DNA of 64,000 nt from Blastocladiella emersonii ATCC 22665 (GCA_025594325.1 JANHCV010000004.1:1178001-1242000), one strand, 5' to 3'; numbered from the stretch's first letter, positions 23,999-36,645 are shown. Notes: generated from the letters alone by a model not told the origin. Numbers and translations are program-made.

Positions 23999-25700
23999 AT
24001 GCTATCCCGCGCCCTGCGTGCCGCGGCCGTCCCCGCGACCGGCCGCCGCGCCGCCGTGCGCGCGCTGCACGGCTCGGCGGCGCTCGCCACGCGCCATCGC
24101 CCCGCGGGCGTCCCGAGCAACGACGACTTTGGCCACGCCGCGTCATGCCGGCCACGCCAGCCGGCCACTGCCGCGCCGACGGCGGCCGTGTCCGAGGCCG
24201 AGTTCCCGTGCCTCGACAAGATCGACGCCAAGACGACGCGGCTGGCGCAGGCCCTGCAGCAGCAGTCCGCGTCCGCTGACGCTACCTCGGCCGCTGACGC
24301 GGACCAGGGCCCGGAGCCGTCGTACGCGACGACCAAGCTGCGCGGGTACAAGACGTGGCGGCACACGGGCCGGCCGTTCCACCTGGACCTGGGCGGCGTT
24401 CTGCCCGAGTTCACGCTGGCGTACGAGACGTGGGGCGAGCTGAACGCCGATGCGTCGAATGCGATCCTGCTGCACACGGGCCTGAGCGCGAGCTCGCACG
24501 CGCGCAGCCACCCGGACAACACCGACCGCGGGTGGTGGGAGGACTTTATCGGGCCGAACGCGCCGCTCGATACCAGCAAGTACTTTGTGATCTGCACCAA
24601 CTCCCTCGGCGGGTGTTTCGGGTCGACGGGCCCGAGTTCCGTGGATCCGGCGCGCAGCGGGGACGAGCGGTACGCGGCGCGGTTCCCGTACGTGACCGTG
24701 TGGGACATGGTGCGTGCGCAGCGCGCGCTGCTGCAGGCGCTCGGGATCGGCAAGCTGCACGCGTGCGTCGGCGCGTCCATGGGCGGCATGCAGTCGCAGG
24801 CGTACGCGGCGCTGTACCCGGCCGAGGTCGGCCGCCTCGTGTCGATCTCGAGCTGCGCGCGCGCCCACCCGTACTCGATCGCGCTGCGGTTCGTCCAGCG
24901 CCAGATCCTCATGAACGACCCGGCGTACGCGGCGACGCGAGGGAACTACTACGGCGGGATGCCGCCGCATGTTGGGATGAAGCTCGCGCGCGAGGTCGCG
25001 ACTATCACGTACCGGTCTGGACCCGAGTGGGAGCGCCGGTTTGGCCGCAAGCGTGTCGATGGCGAGCCGTCGCTGTGCCCCGACTACCTCATCGAGACGT
25101 ACCTCGACCACCAGGGGTACGCGTGCTCGCGCTCCGTGCTGGGGATGCGTTTGCTGACTGGTCGGCCTGCAGTGAGAAGTTTAGTCTCGGCTACGACGCC
25201 AACAGTCTGCTGTACCTGAGCAAGGGTACGCTCTCCCACCCGCCTTCCCCCCCCCCCCACTCACCTATTCCCTCCCTCCCTTAGCCATGGACATGTACGA
25301 CATGTCCGCCCCGTCACTCGCACACGTCGCGGCGCGCAAACGGTCCCCGTGGGAGCCCGCGCCGCCGCTCCCGCCGCTGCCGCCCGCGTCCGAGACGCTG
25401 TCGGCCGAGGACCAGCTCGCGCTCGGCATGAGCGAGCTGCAGATGCCGACGCTGGTGCTAGGCGTGACGAGCGACATCCTGTTCCCGCTGCCGCAGCAGG
25501 CTGAGATCGCGACCACGCTGCGCAAGGCGGGCAACGACCGCGTCACGTACTATGTCCTGGACGCCGAGTATGGGCACGACACGTTCCTGGTACGTCTCTT
25601 TCGGCGAACAACGAGCGCGGGACCGAGCTGACACCGTGTTCGTGACGTTTAGATTGACCGGATCTCGGTCGGCGCGGCCGTCGCGGGCCACCTCGTCTAG
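23999..25700 (+). CDS. CYS2: Homoserine O-acyltransferase family; Cys2/CysA-type serine O-succinyltransferase with an N-terminal mitochondrial-like presequence
   Basis: [15 protein letters not shown] (Cys2-type rather than Met2 CHALTG); GWWEDFIGP; [11 protein letters not shown]; VGASMGGMQ nucleophile elbow; [19 protein letters not shown]; YGHDTFL. Three introns. Confidence 0.85.
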
Positions 25701-25831
25701 CCGCGCCCGCGCGGACGCGGCTACCGTCGATGGCCGCTCGTCGCCATAAAGAAGAGGAACCAACGTGTAAGGACGAGAAGAAGAAGCATAGTTTTTGACA
25801 GTCAATACCAGTCATTCATATCCTATCACTA

Positions 25832-28192
25832 TCACACCTTGGGTCCCTTCGCCTTGGGCTTCCAGCTGCTCCCCAGCACCTTGCCCAGCGCGGCGCTCGT
25901 TATGGCCGTCGCCGAGGATGCCGCTGGAGTAGTGCTCGGCGTGGGCTTAGCTGCGAGTACCGGAACTGGCGACGACGCTGCTGCCGTGACGGGCTTCGCT
26001 GCTGCTGGAGCTGGAACCGCCGGCGACTCGGACACGGTCTCTGGAGCAGTCGCCGCCGGCACCCTCGCCGCAGCCGTCGCTCGCGCGGGCGAACTCGGCG
26101 CGCTGCCATTCGGCGTCTTGCGGGGCGGCATATCCTCGTCGTCTATGACGCTCGAGAACTTGGCGACGACGTTGATGAGGGCTTGGTTCTCAGCGACGAG
26201 CTGGGCGACCTCCTCGCGCGACTTGAGGAAGTTGGCCTGGACGTCGCGCAGGAGGGCCTCGGCGGCGGCGCGGTCGCGGTCAGCCGCTTCGGTGCGCTCG
26301 CGGGTCGCGGCCGCGACCTCGGACTCGCGCCGCGTCCAGTTGCGCGTGTGGATCGACTTGGCGAGGACCAGGACGCGCTTGGTCAGGAAGTCGGACAGAG
26401 ACGCGTGTTTTGCGGGGCCGAGGGCCGCGGGGAGGTACTACAGTGCGGTTGGTGTGAGAGAGTGCCCGGGCGAGAGTCAACAGGAAGGCGCACGTCTTCG
26501 TTGAGCGCGAGCGAGAGCTCGGCCTCGAACCGGTCGACCCCCGCGTCGGGCTCGTTGACCACGGCCACGAGCTTGGCGTGGACGCGCTGCAGGGCCTCGT
26601 CGCACAGCCGCGCCGACTTGTTGTGGTTGGCCTCGTGCGCGGCCGCGAGCGACTTTTTGATCCACGCCTACAGCCTCGCGAGCGTGAGTGAGTGGCACTC
26701 GCAGGGCGATGAGCGAGAGAGGGAACCGTACGTTGACCTTGGCCGCGATCGCGCCTGCCGTCGGCTCGCCGACCTGCTTGTCGAGGATGAAGGCGCGCAG
26801 CTCGTCCACGCACGTGTCGTGCACGTCCCAGAACCGCGCCGTGAGGGCGTCGTCAGCGAGCGGGAGCGCGTCCGCGACCTTGACGCGCCACGCCTCGTCC
26901 CAGCGGCGCGTGGCGGTGGCGAGGAACCGGTCGCACTCGGCCGAGACCACGTTCTCCCACGCGCTGCGGATGACGGGCATGCCGCCGTCGTTCATGGCGC
27001 GGACGTAGGCGGCGACGAGGTGGGCGAGGTTGGCGCCCGTCAGGGTGCGGCCGAAGAGCTGTTTTGGCATGACGGTGGCGTAGACGAACTCGGTGACCTT
27101 GCGCATCTGGTCGAGGAACTGCGGGCGGATCTCGGCCTCGGTCAGCGTGTCAAGGCGCTGTAGGAGCTTCTCGTCCGAGACGGGCCGCTTGAGCGTGAAG
27201 CACCGGCGGTCCGGGAAGTAGGTCTTGATCGACTCGCGGATCAGGTTGCGCGTGCGCAGCTTGTCCGAGTCGCCCTCGATCTACACACTCCGGGTCAGCG
27301 TCAGCGGTGACGGCGTGGAATGGAGGCAGAGCGCGTACCGGGTTGAGGACCGACTCGAGGTACTCATCGCTCGTAATCGCGCGACCGTCGAGCTCGAGCT
27401 TGAGCCCAAAATCGCGGACGAGCCAAGCAAACTTCGGGAAGAACTTGTTGAGCGCGTAGGCGTCCGCGGGCCGGTCGCCCGCCTCGCCGTCGGCCTGCTG
27501 CAGGCGGATGTGGTTGGACAGCTCGGCGACGAGCGAGAGCCGGTCGAGCGCGCTCTCGTCAATGCTGCCCATCGAGTTGTACAGGAACAGCGACGAGAGG
27601 AGGACCGCGAGCGAGAACATCTTGACGTCGTAGGTCTTGGACTTGGTGAAGCTGCCGAGGCCCTCGGTGTCGAGCAGCACGATGGTCATGGCCGAGTTCT
27701 TCATGAGCGCGGCCAGCTCGGGTGGAGGCTGCGGGACGATCCACATGTAGATGCCCTGCGTGCATGGCTCTACGGGACACGGGGCGGTGGTTCAGCGGGC
27801 TAAGGCGGAGCGGTGTGCGGACGGTGAGAGTACCGACGCGCGACCCCACGTCGAACCCGCGGTTGGAGCCGGCCAGGCGCTACACGTCGACGTCCTCGGT
27901 CAAGATCAGCGTCCGAGTCGTTGCCTCTCATGCGCGGGTACCGTACGTTGAGCACATACGACTTGCCGGTCCGGTACAGCCCGGCGATGGTGACGACCTG
28001 TCAAAGTCGCGTGCGCTCACGGCATGAAGTCAGCCTCCAGCTCGCCGATGCCACACACTCGGTGCAACATACACCGATAGGCCCGTCGACGGCGGCCAGG
28101 AGGTCGATGGCCTTCTGGTTGACGCCAAAGTGCGGCGCCTTGTTGTCCGAGTCATTGGCGACGACGGTGATGAGCGGGACCGGTTCGTTCAT
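25832..28192 (-). CDS. Guanylate-binding protein (GBP/atlastin superfamily large GTPase) with C-terminal helical region, multi-exon
   Basis: VVTIAGLYRTGKSY (G1); GFDVGS..EPCTQGIYMW (G2); VLLDTEGLG (G3); FSLAVLLSSLFLYNSMGSIDESALDRL; FPKFAWLVRDF; NLIRESIKTYFPDRRCFTLKRP. Confidence 0.9.
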
Positions 28193-28596
28193 GGTTACAT
28201 GCGAATGCATAGAGTGGCGTGCAAGTGGAGCTATTCGGGGAGAGGAGGTCAAGGAGAGCGAGAGTCGAGTCGCCGGCTCCGAACGCGTCGCGATGCGCCA
28301 CACTGACGTGCGAGACAAATTCTCGCGCGTCACGTGCGGACGCGTTTGTGGCGCGCCGATCCCTGGTCGCGTTTCGCGTTGCGCCGGCGACGACGCGTTG
28401 GGTGCGCGCTCAGCAACACTCGCCCGCCCGCTTGCCGAGGACGCGGAGAAGGCCCCAGAAGTTCCGTGCTGCGCCTGCCAGCGCTGGCAGGGGGTGGCCG
28501 CCTCAAAAAGCGCCCGCCCGCCCCGCGCGCGCCCACGCTCTCCCCCCGCAGTGCGAGTACCCACGATACGCAACGCATCAAACACATACATCAACC

Positions 28597-29272
28597 ATGA
28601 CGACCTTCATGCCCGGCAGCGCGGATCCCTTCTCGGATGTGCCGGCAGTCCCTCGGCACCTTGGCAGTCGCATCCTCGAGACCGTCGGTGGCGAGCTCTG
28701 GTGCGTGCCCCCCTCATCGGCGGTGTCGCGGCGGCAGTCGACTGACCATCGTGCGCGACGTGCAGGCGGCCGGCGTCGGACGTGTACGAGACCGAGGACG
28801 GCGCCCTTGTCGCGCACATTGACTTGCCGGGCGTGCCGCGCCACGCGATCATCATTGGTATGCTGCTCGCCCTCGTCTCACCCTCATCCCTCCCTCGCTC
28901 TCTTCCTCTCCCTAACCACACCGCCGCCACCACCACTACACAACCACCGTGTCGCTCAGACACAAACGACATGGACGAGATCACGGTGCATGGCGAGGCG
29001 CCGCAGGCGCAGGAGTTCCAGGCGGCGTCGTCGCGCGTGCGCGAGCGCAACATTGGCAAATTCCGCAAGATCCTGCGCATGCCGCCCGGGTGCGACTACT
29101 CGAACATTAAGGCCACGTACAGTACGTCCTGCTCGGCCGTCTCTGAGTGATGCACAGGCGGACGCTGACTCAGATGGACGCGCGCACCTCCGTAGAGGAC
29201 GGCCTGCTCGAGATCCGCGTCCCGCGCACGGCGGGCGGTCTTGGCCCGAGCAAGGTGGTGCCGATCCACTGA
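28597..29272 (+). CDS. Small heat-shock protein (HSP20/alpha-crystallin domain), 3 introns
   Basis: WRPASDVYETEDGALVAHIDLPGV...ITVHGE...RERNIGKFRKILRMP...IKATYEDGLLEIRVP. Confidence 0.9.
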
Positions 29273-30021
29273 GGCCGGTGACGGCGACGGTGGTTGTGAG
29301 GAGGCGGTGCGGCACGAATTCGAGGTGGTGAGCCGTGTCGCCGAGTGTTTGTCTGTACGATGAATGGAGTTCCCCTTGATCCCAAACCAACCGCCCGCGA
29401 GAGATGCCCGAGACGCGCTGCTCACCCGCACGTGTGGCCTGCAGCGATGGCGCAACGTCCGTGGTTTGAGATTAGAACGGTGAAATCGGCCGCTCGTTTC
29501 GAGTGCCTTTCTCCGCCGCTCCGCCGCTACACGTGAAAATCGGAGCGCTGCCGCCGTCGCGTGCGCTACGCTCGCCCCGTGTTCGCCGGCAACCCTTGTT
29601 GACCGCCCCGCTCTAAACGCAACGTCATGCATTCAACATCGCCGAGCACGCACATGCGCCTGCTCGCCGTCGCCGCCCCTCGTCACTCGTCGTCACCCGT
29701 TCTCTCTTCGCCGGTGCCGACGACGGCCCTTTGCTCCCGCCTGGTGCCGTGCGCTCGACTGCCGCTCTTGCTCGAGGGGATCCTCTGATTGGTCGGTCCC
29801 AGACGCCGTCTGTCCATGGCCGGCGACCCGCCCGCGCTTCGTCCTCGCTCTCGCACTCGCACTCGTTCAACTCGCTCAAGGCCTCCTGATCCCGGGCTTG
29901 CAGCAGGAGGATTCCCACGGTGACCCGACCCGGATCGCTTGGCTCCATTCGTCGTCGTCGTCCTCGTCGTCGTCGACGCTCTCTCCTCCACCTCGCTTCG
30001 CGCCCACCACGCATCAACGCC

Positions 30022-31205
30022 ATGACCATGTCCGACGCACCGCCGCCAGATCCGTCGCCGCCGTCGGACGAGGCGCCGTCGCCGCAGCAGCCCGGCAGCG
30101 TGTCCGAGATCATTCGACACTTGCGGTCCAACTCGACGCACATGTACGGTGGCCTCTCGCGCTCGACGCCCCACGGGCGAGCAACTAAATAACGCTCAGC
30201 GGTTGCTGTAGCCGCATCTCGTACACGGCGACCAAGCTGGCAATCCACGTTGCGCTGATCCTGCTGCTCGCGTGGGAAGCGTACTGGTCAACGTGTCCAC
30301 CTCCACGAGCGGGTACGACGAGTGTCCCGTTCGCGCCAGCGCCGACGTCGTCCCCGCCGCCGCTTGACGCGTCGTTCCCGGGCTACAACTTCACATCTGG
30401 CAGCAGCGACGCGTGCACCTGGCCGCTTGCGGTCCGGTACAAGTGGACGCTGCGGTTCACGCTCGTGTACCTGGTGGCGGCGCTGGCGACGGTGGCGGCG
30501 TACCTCCCGCTGGTCGACAAGGTGGTGCACGTGTACGCGCTGTGGCCGCTCAACTACTACCTGCACGAGCTGGTCGTGCTGCGGCTCCAGCACGGCGATG
30601 GCAACGACCGGCTGCGGTGGGCACAGATCCTGCTGCCGTGGGCGGCATCCCTCGTGTACCACCTGTACCTGCGGCGCACGCTGGTCGCGGTGCGGCTGTG
30701 GCAGCACAGCCGGTCGTTCCCGCACCTGCACGCGGCGGCGCCGCACCCGGGGATCGCGGCGGGCGTGTTTGCGCGGCGCACCGACTCGGAGCTCGGCACG
30801 CTGACGGGGTCGCCGCCGCCGAGTCCAACGACCGCGGCCGCGGCCGCGTCGCGCGCCAAGCAGCCGGTCCCCGGGATCCACCCGGCGCGCGTGTTCGTGT
30901 CGCACGGGCGGCAGCTCGTGTACCGCGCGTACACGCTGGTCGCGCCGTACGCGGGGCAGGCCGTGGTGGCCGTGGTCGGCGGGCTCGGCGCGGGCGCGGG
31001 GTTCGCGGCGCCGGCGCTCCCGCCCGGGTGGACGCCGCTGTCGCCCGTGCTGTGCGTCGCGTCGTGGCTCTCGCTCAAGCTGTTTGTCAGCTTCCACTGC
31101 TTCCAGGTCCAGTACATTGTGTGGAACCCGCGCGCCGTCGGACGGCAGGGCGTGCTCGTCTGGCGCGGGCAGGCCGATGGATGGCGCGCCGGCGTGTTCG
31201 TGTGA
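30022..31205 (+). CDS. Uncharacterised multi-pass membrane protein, 2 introns
   Basis: MTMSDAPPP...; spliced (GTACGG..TAG, GTACGA..CAG) into ORF 30465..31205. Several hydrophobic helices (KLAIHVALILLLAW; FTLVYLVAALATVAAYL; AQILLPWAASLVY; PVLCVASWLSLKLF) and GC3-biased codons. Confidence 0.65.
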
Positions 31206-32085
31206 TGTGATACCCCTTCCCTCGCTTGTGATATACCAATCCGTTCTCTTCCCCTCCCTCACGTCTCTCGAGTCGCGTCGCGTCACGAAGCAGCAGGGCG
31301 GGAGAACTCGACGCGTCGACCTGCAGCCCGACCGCCACTGCCGCCACGCGCTCAGCCCCGCCGCGGACACACACCTCGTGGCCGGGGAGGTCAAGCGCCG
31401 GCCGTGGCTGGCCATGGCGTCAGCGGTGGCCGCGACCACGAGTTCTCGTCCCGCGCGTGTGTGGGGAGACAGACAAGGCCCGCGCGCGAGACACGCTGCG
31501 AGACACCCCGCTCGTGTTGTGCGCGAAACGTGCTCTCGCTCTCGCTCCCCTCTCATCGACGAAACGCTCATTCGACTGTGCGTGGGAGCACCGTCGTCAT
31601 CGTCATCGCTGTCATCGCCACGGAAGTGGCCACGTTGCACCGCGGCCGGATCGCACGCGGCGGAGAATCCAACGCCGGCCTGAAATCGAGTCCCTCCCTC
31701 CTCCCCATCGCCACGGCTTCTTCGCTCTCCCGCTCCCTCCCTCAAAAGCACCTCGCTCTTCTGCAACGTATCAACAACCGCCGGGCCTCGCAACCTGCAG
31801 CAGCCCGCACCCCAGGCGTCACAGAGTCGCGCCACCCCGGCCACCGCGACCGTCGTCGTCTCCCCAACCCACCTTCGAGTCTGGGGTCCGCTCCCCACCA
31901 CGGCGTCCGACCTCTCCTCCTCCCCCACGCACTTCACTGTCCCGCGCCCTGGATCCGTCGCGGCCTGGGCTCCTTGGAGTGTACAAAAGCTCCGCCACCC
32001 CGCTCCTTACCTCCTTCGCTCCACCTCCACCACCATCTCCTCCCTCCGTCGCCATCGGCCATCGCATCAACTCCATCGCGCAACC

Positions 32086-33384
32086 ATGATGGCCTCGACC
32101 TCGTCCAGCATGCTGGCCTCGCCGCCCGCGACCCCGCCCGTCCCACCCGCGCGCTCGCTGTCCGGGACCCCGCCCTCCGCGCCCGCGACGCTCGCGCTGA
32201 GCCGGCGCGACCTCGACTGGCCCGTGTCGCTGGACGCGACGCGGCCGCCGCTCGTGCAGCTGACGCTGACGCACCGCGGGATTGGCGGAGACGCGCCGGT
32301 CCTGTACAAGTTCAAGACCAACGCGCCGCACCTGTACCGCGTGCGGCCGTCGGCGGGCCGCGTCACGCCTGGCGGGTCCGCCACCGTCTACGTGCAGTGC
32401 GCCGACCTCGCCGCGATTCGCCCGCGCGTCGATAATATCCTGGTCCAGACGTGCCGCGAATCCCTCGGCGGCGGGTGTGCCGGTGTGGGTGTGCCCGTGG
32501 CCGACGCGGCCATCGCCGAGTGGATGCGCGGCCGCCCACGCGACGAGGTCGCCGAGCAGGTCCTCCCGTGCGTCCGGTCCGCGTCCAGCCCGACCATCGT
32601 GCGGACCGCGTCGCCCGTGCCCTCGTCGCGCCGCGAGTCGGTCGTCTCGGTCGCCTCGTCCATTGCCTCGTCCTCGCTCTCCGCCGGCGAGGAGTCGGAC
32701 TCGTCCGAGTACCTCCTGCACCAGCGGTTCCGCTCCGTGTCGCCGCAGCCCAACCCGCACCCGTACCCGCACCTCATGCGGCCGGCCACCGCCGCGGGTC
32801 CGGGCGTCATCAGCCGGCCCACGAGCCCGCTCGGCACCGGGTCGTCGCCGCGCACGAGCCCGAGCGGCGCTGGTGGGAGCCTGTCGCGCCGCGCCTCCCT
32901 CCGCGGCCCTTCCACCACCACCTCTGCCGTCCCCGACCGCTCCGTCTCCCCCGGCGCCTGGCCCGCGGGCCAACCCCGCCCGCGGCGCACCTCGCTCGTG
33001 TCCCCACCGTCGCCCATGGCCCAACTCCGCGCCCCACCCGCGCCGCTGCGCGCGACCCCGCCGCCGCCGTCGGCGCACCAGCACCGGCTGCAGCACACGC
33101 CGGCGGCGTGGCTCGCGGCGGCCGCGTGGCGCGCGATCCGGTACGTGTGCCTGCACGTGCTGGCGCGCGCCATCACGGTGATGCTCGGGACCGCGATCCT
33201 GGTGGTCGTCGCGTCGAGCCACGCGGTGCATGCGGTTGTCGCCGCGGTCACGGGCGTGTTCTGGGTCCGTCCGATCGCGGCGGTCGCGGCTGGGAGGGGG
33301 AAGCGGGTCGGCAGTGGGGCTGTCGTGGACGCCGCGCCGCCACCCGCGCAACGGTCGGGCACGGTGATAGCCGCCGTCTCCTGA
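32086..33384 (+). CDS. MSP-domain (VAP/Scs2-like) protein with Ser/Pro-rich linker and C-terminal hydrophobic segment; intronless
   Basis: LTLTH...PVLYKFKTNAPHLYRVRPSAGRVTPG resembles the MSP signature FK(V/I)KTTxPxxYxVRP; C-terminal AITVMLGTAILVVVASSHAVHAVVAAV. Confidence 0.72.
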   Translation: MMASTSSSMLASPPATPPVPPARSLSGTPPSAPATLALSRRDLDWPVSLDATRPPLVQLTLTHRGIGGDAPVLYKFKTNAPHLYRVRPSAGRVTPGGSATVYVQCADLAAIRPRVDNILVQTCRESLGGGCAGVGVPVADAAIAEWMRGRPRDEVAEQVLPCVRSASSPTIVRTASPVPSSRRESVVSVASSIASSSLSAGEESDSSEYLLHQRFRSVSPQPNPHPYPHLMRPATAAGPGVISRPTSPLGTGSSPRTSPSGAGGSLSRRASLRGPSTTTSAVPDRSVSPGAWPAGQPRPRRTSLVSPPSPMAQLRAPPAPLRATPPPPSAHQHRLQHTPAAWLAAAAWRAIRYVCLHVLARAITVMLGTAILVVVASSHAVHAVVAAVTGVFWVRPIAAVAAGRGKRVGSGAVVDAAPPPAQRSGTVIAAVS

Positions 33385-33515
33385 GTTCTCTTTAGCGCAC
33401 GCACCTCGTGGTGAGGTGCCCAACCAACCAACCAGTTTTGATCAGTAAATAAATCGTTGTTTGTATAGCAAGCAACGGCTAGCGAGAGGGCGCGCGCCGC
33501 GCCCCTACCCCCTCC

Positions 33516-34792
33516 TCAAACACGCTCGAGGATGACCGCGATACCCTGGCCGCCGCCAATGCACGCCGAGCCGACGGCGTACTTGCCCTTCTTCTGGTCG
33601 AGGGCGTGGGCGAGGTGGGCGAGGATGCGCGAGCCCGAGGCGGCGAGCGGGTGGCCGAGGGCGATGGCGCCGCCGTTCAGGTTGGTCTTGTCGTTGTCGA
33701 GGCCGAGCTCCTTGGCGACGGCGAGGTACTGCGCGGCGAAGGCCTCGTTGACCTCGACCAGGTCCATGTCCTTGAGGGTCAGCTTGGCCTTGGCGAGGGC
33801 GCCCTGGATCGCGGCGACGGGGCCGATGCCCATGATAGTCGGCTCGACGCCGACGACGTGCCACGACACGATGCGGGCGAGGGGCTTGAGGCCGTGGGCC
33901 TTGACGGCCTCGTCGCTGGCGACCACCACGGCCGCGGCGCCGTCCGAGATGCCCGACGCGTTGCCGGCGGTCACGGTGCCGACGTCCTTGACGAACACGG
34001 ACGGCAGCTTGGCGAGCGACTCGATGGTGGTCTGCGGGCGCGCGTGCTCGTCGACGGCAAAGGTCTCCTTGGTGCCGCGCTTCTTGCCGGGCACCTCGAC
34101 GGGGGCGATCTCGGCGGCAAACACGCCTGCGGCCTGGGCGGCGGCCCACCGCTGCTGCGACTGGAGCGCGTACGCGTCGCAGTCGGCGCGCGAGATCTGG
34201 TGCGACTTGGCGAGGTTCTCGGCCGTGATGCCCATGGGGGTCACGGTCGGGAACCGGTCGACGAGCGCGGCCGCCAGCGTGTCCTCGCCCTTGAGGTCGA
34301 CGCCGTACCGGGTACCCCAGCGCAGGTCGCGCAGCGCGTAGGGCGCCTGCGACATGGACTCGGACCCGCCCGTCAGCACCACCTTGGCCTCGCCGGCGAG
34401 GATCTCGTGCGCCGCGTTGATCACGGCCTGGAACCCGGAACCGCACAGGCGGTTGATGGTCAGCGCGGGCGTCGTCACGGGCAGGCCCGCGCGGTGGCCG
34501 ACGTGGCGCGCAAGGTACGCCGCGTCGTTGGACGTCTGCGCCACGTTGCCGAAGATGACCGAGTCGACGGGCGTGCCCGCGGGGAGCGCCGCCAGCGCCG
34601 CCTTGGCCGCGGCACCGCCGAGCTCGTTGGCCGTCATGTGCTTGAGCTTGCCGCCAAAGGCGCCAAAGGGCGTGCGCTTACTGGAGGAGGGGCGTGATAC
34701 ATGGTGGTCAGCCGCCGGCACGGTGGACCGCGGGCCGCACGCGGGCGGCGAGGTGATGCATACGCGGCGACGATGAACAGGTTCTTGGACAT
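33516..34792 (-). CDS. ACAA2: Acetyl-CoA C-acyltransferase (3-ketoacyl-CoA thiolase, ACAA2-like), 1 intron
   Basis: MSKNLFIVAA|KRTPFGAFGG; LTINRLCGSGFQ (catalytic Cys); VTAGNASGISDGAAA; NEAFAAQ; NGGAIALGHPLAASG; SACIGGGQGIA. Confidence 0.93.
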
Positions 34793-35227
34793 GGTGGTGA
34801 CAGATCGTTCTGGGGTCAGAGGAGCGAGAGCACGGGCCGAGGGGCGTTCGCCGCGCTTTATACGCGGGCCTCGAAGACCCGTGAAAAGGCGCGCTCGCCG
34901 AGTGCGGAATCCGCGGAAACGCGGTCAGGTGAACTGATGTCACCCCGCCGCCACGAATTTTTGACGCGTCGCTCGTCGCGTCCTGCTTGCTTCTCGGGCA
35001 TGTGTGGTCGGCCGTGCCTCGGGATTGGAGAGAGCAGTCGCGCGCTCGGGACCATGTTCCCGCTGTCTCCCCGCGGTGTGGTCGGCAGAGTCGGAACGGC
35101 TCGGCCCGCCGGGAACGCCGCGGACGCGTCCTTGACTTTCTACGCGAGGCCATTACGCTCTGCATCACGACTAGAACGCTGAGGACACGTAAATGACAGA
35201 CGGGCGACAGTAACCGGTCATTCGGGT

Positions 35228-36645
35228 CAGGGGGGCTAAGTGGGGGTGAGCAGGCTAGCCAAACCGTTGTCCCCGACCTCTGCTGCAGGTCACACGTGAG
35301 CCGGCCGGTCCACCTCGTCGGGGAGCCAATCGTTTCGTGTCAACTCACCGCCCACGATTTATCAAAGTGTCTCACACCTATATTGCGTTAATCATGGTCG
35401 TCCGATCCGCTTGCGGTTGGGCCTCAGGTTGGCCATACTCGCGCTCACATAAAGCAGCAACTCAGATCCGAGTTTCGTGGGCCGTGCGGGGCGTGAGCGT
35501 GGATGCAAGTCGCGAACGAGGCAGCGGGCCGTGATGCGACTCGCCGCGGAAGGGCGCGCACGAGGTGGGCCTGGAGCCGTGCTGATCGCGACGCACGCGG
35601 CGCGGAGGCATCCATAGCGTTGGTGGGTAGCGGGCCCGAAGGGTAGCAGCACGCGAAGGGGGCATGAAGGGCGGGCAGCGACTTGGACTTGCTACACAAG
35701 TTGTCGCGGCAGCGATCCGGACAAGCAATGTTGCGAGTTGAGATCGGCAGGGAACGAACCGAGGAGAAATGTAAGCGGCTACCGCGAGTTGGAGCGAGGA
35801 TGAGGTGTGGAGCGTCGCGAGCGAGACGGACGAGGCGGTTGATCATGGCCACGACCGTCGCCAGCAAACGCCGCGCAGCAGCGTCCGACGGCCACCGCGA
35901 AGAGGTTCGCGAGCGCTCTAAGGCGCAAGCCGACGTGGAGGGAGCGGAGTCGGGGAGGGAGAGACGCGAGGGGAGCGAAGAGACGAGGGTGGCGGTCAGG
36001 TCGGTGCATGCGCGAGGGTCGGACGACTCGGCGCGCGACGAGGCTCACAAGTTCAAGAGCCCCAAGTGCCGGCTGACGATGCAAGTAGCGGCTGCGCGCT
36101 CAGGCGTGCGATCGAACGGCGAACGGCGAACGGCGAGCTGAGCGGCGAGCGGATCAGGGGCGAAGGCCAAGGAGCGGGGCAGAGTCGGCGAGGGCAGCAG
36201 GGAGGGTGGGGGCAGGTCTGTAGCGAGGACGGGCACCAGCAGGGCCGCGAGCCCCGCCTGCACGTCGGTAGGTGCGAGTGGGGAGGGCGACGAGTTCAAG
36301 ATCGAGCGGAGAAGGCTGCGCGAGAGCGGGGGCGGCGAGGTCGGCGGACAGCTGGTGGCCGCGCGGCGTCTGGTCGGCGGGGTGGAGCCGTAGCGGGACG
36401 TGAGTTCCACGAGATGATCAACGTGTTAGGGCGAACGTATTTCAGAGAGAAAGAGTGCGAGCGATCGACAACTGAAGGGTGGGGGCGCTGGGGGACACGT
36501 GGGTGAGGTGAAAGGCCCGTGCCGCCACGAGGCAGAGTGACCCGAGCTGCTGGAGCACAGCGAGCGGGTCAGCTCACGTGTGACCTGCAGCAGAGGTCGG
36601 GGACAACGGTTTGGCTAGCCTGCTCACCCCCACTTAGCCCCCCTG
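35228..36645. mobile_element. Non-autonomous TIR DNA transposon, 1418 bp, with perfect 74-bp terminal inverted repeats and a 7-bp target-site duplication (TTCGGGT)
   Basis: 35228-35301 CAGGGGGGCTAAGTGGGGG...CACACGTGAGC is the exact reverse complement of 36572-36645. TTCGGGT directly flanks both ends (35221-35227 and 36646-36652). No transposase motif was seen inside. Confidence 0.92.

Noticed and set aside
28440-28470. Heat-shock element upstream of HSP20 (AGAAGTTCC)
   Set aside because: The GAA-TTC spacing is 1 nt, not the 2 nt of a canonical nGAAnnTTCn.
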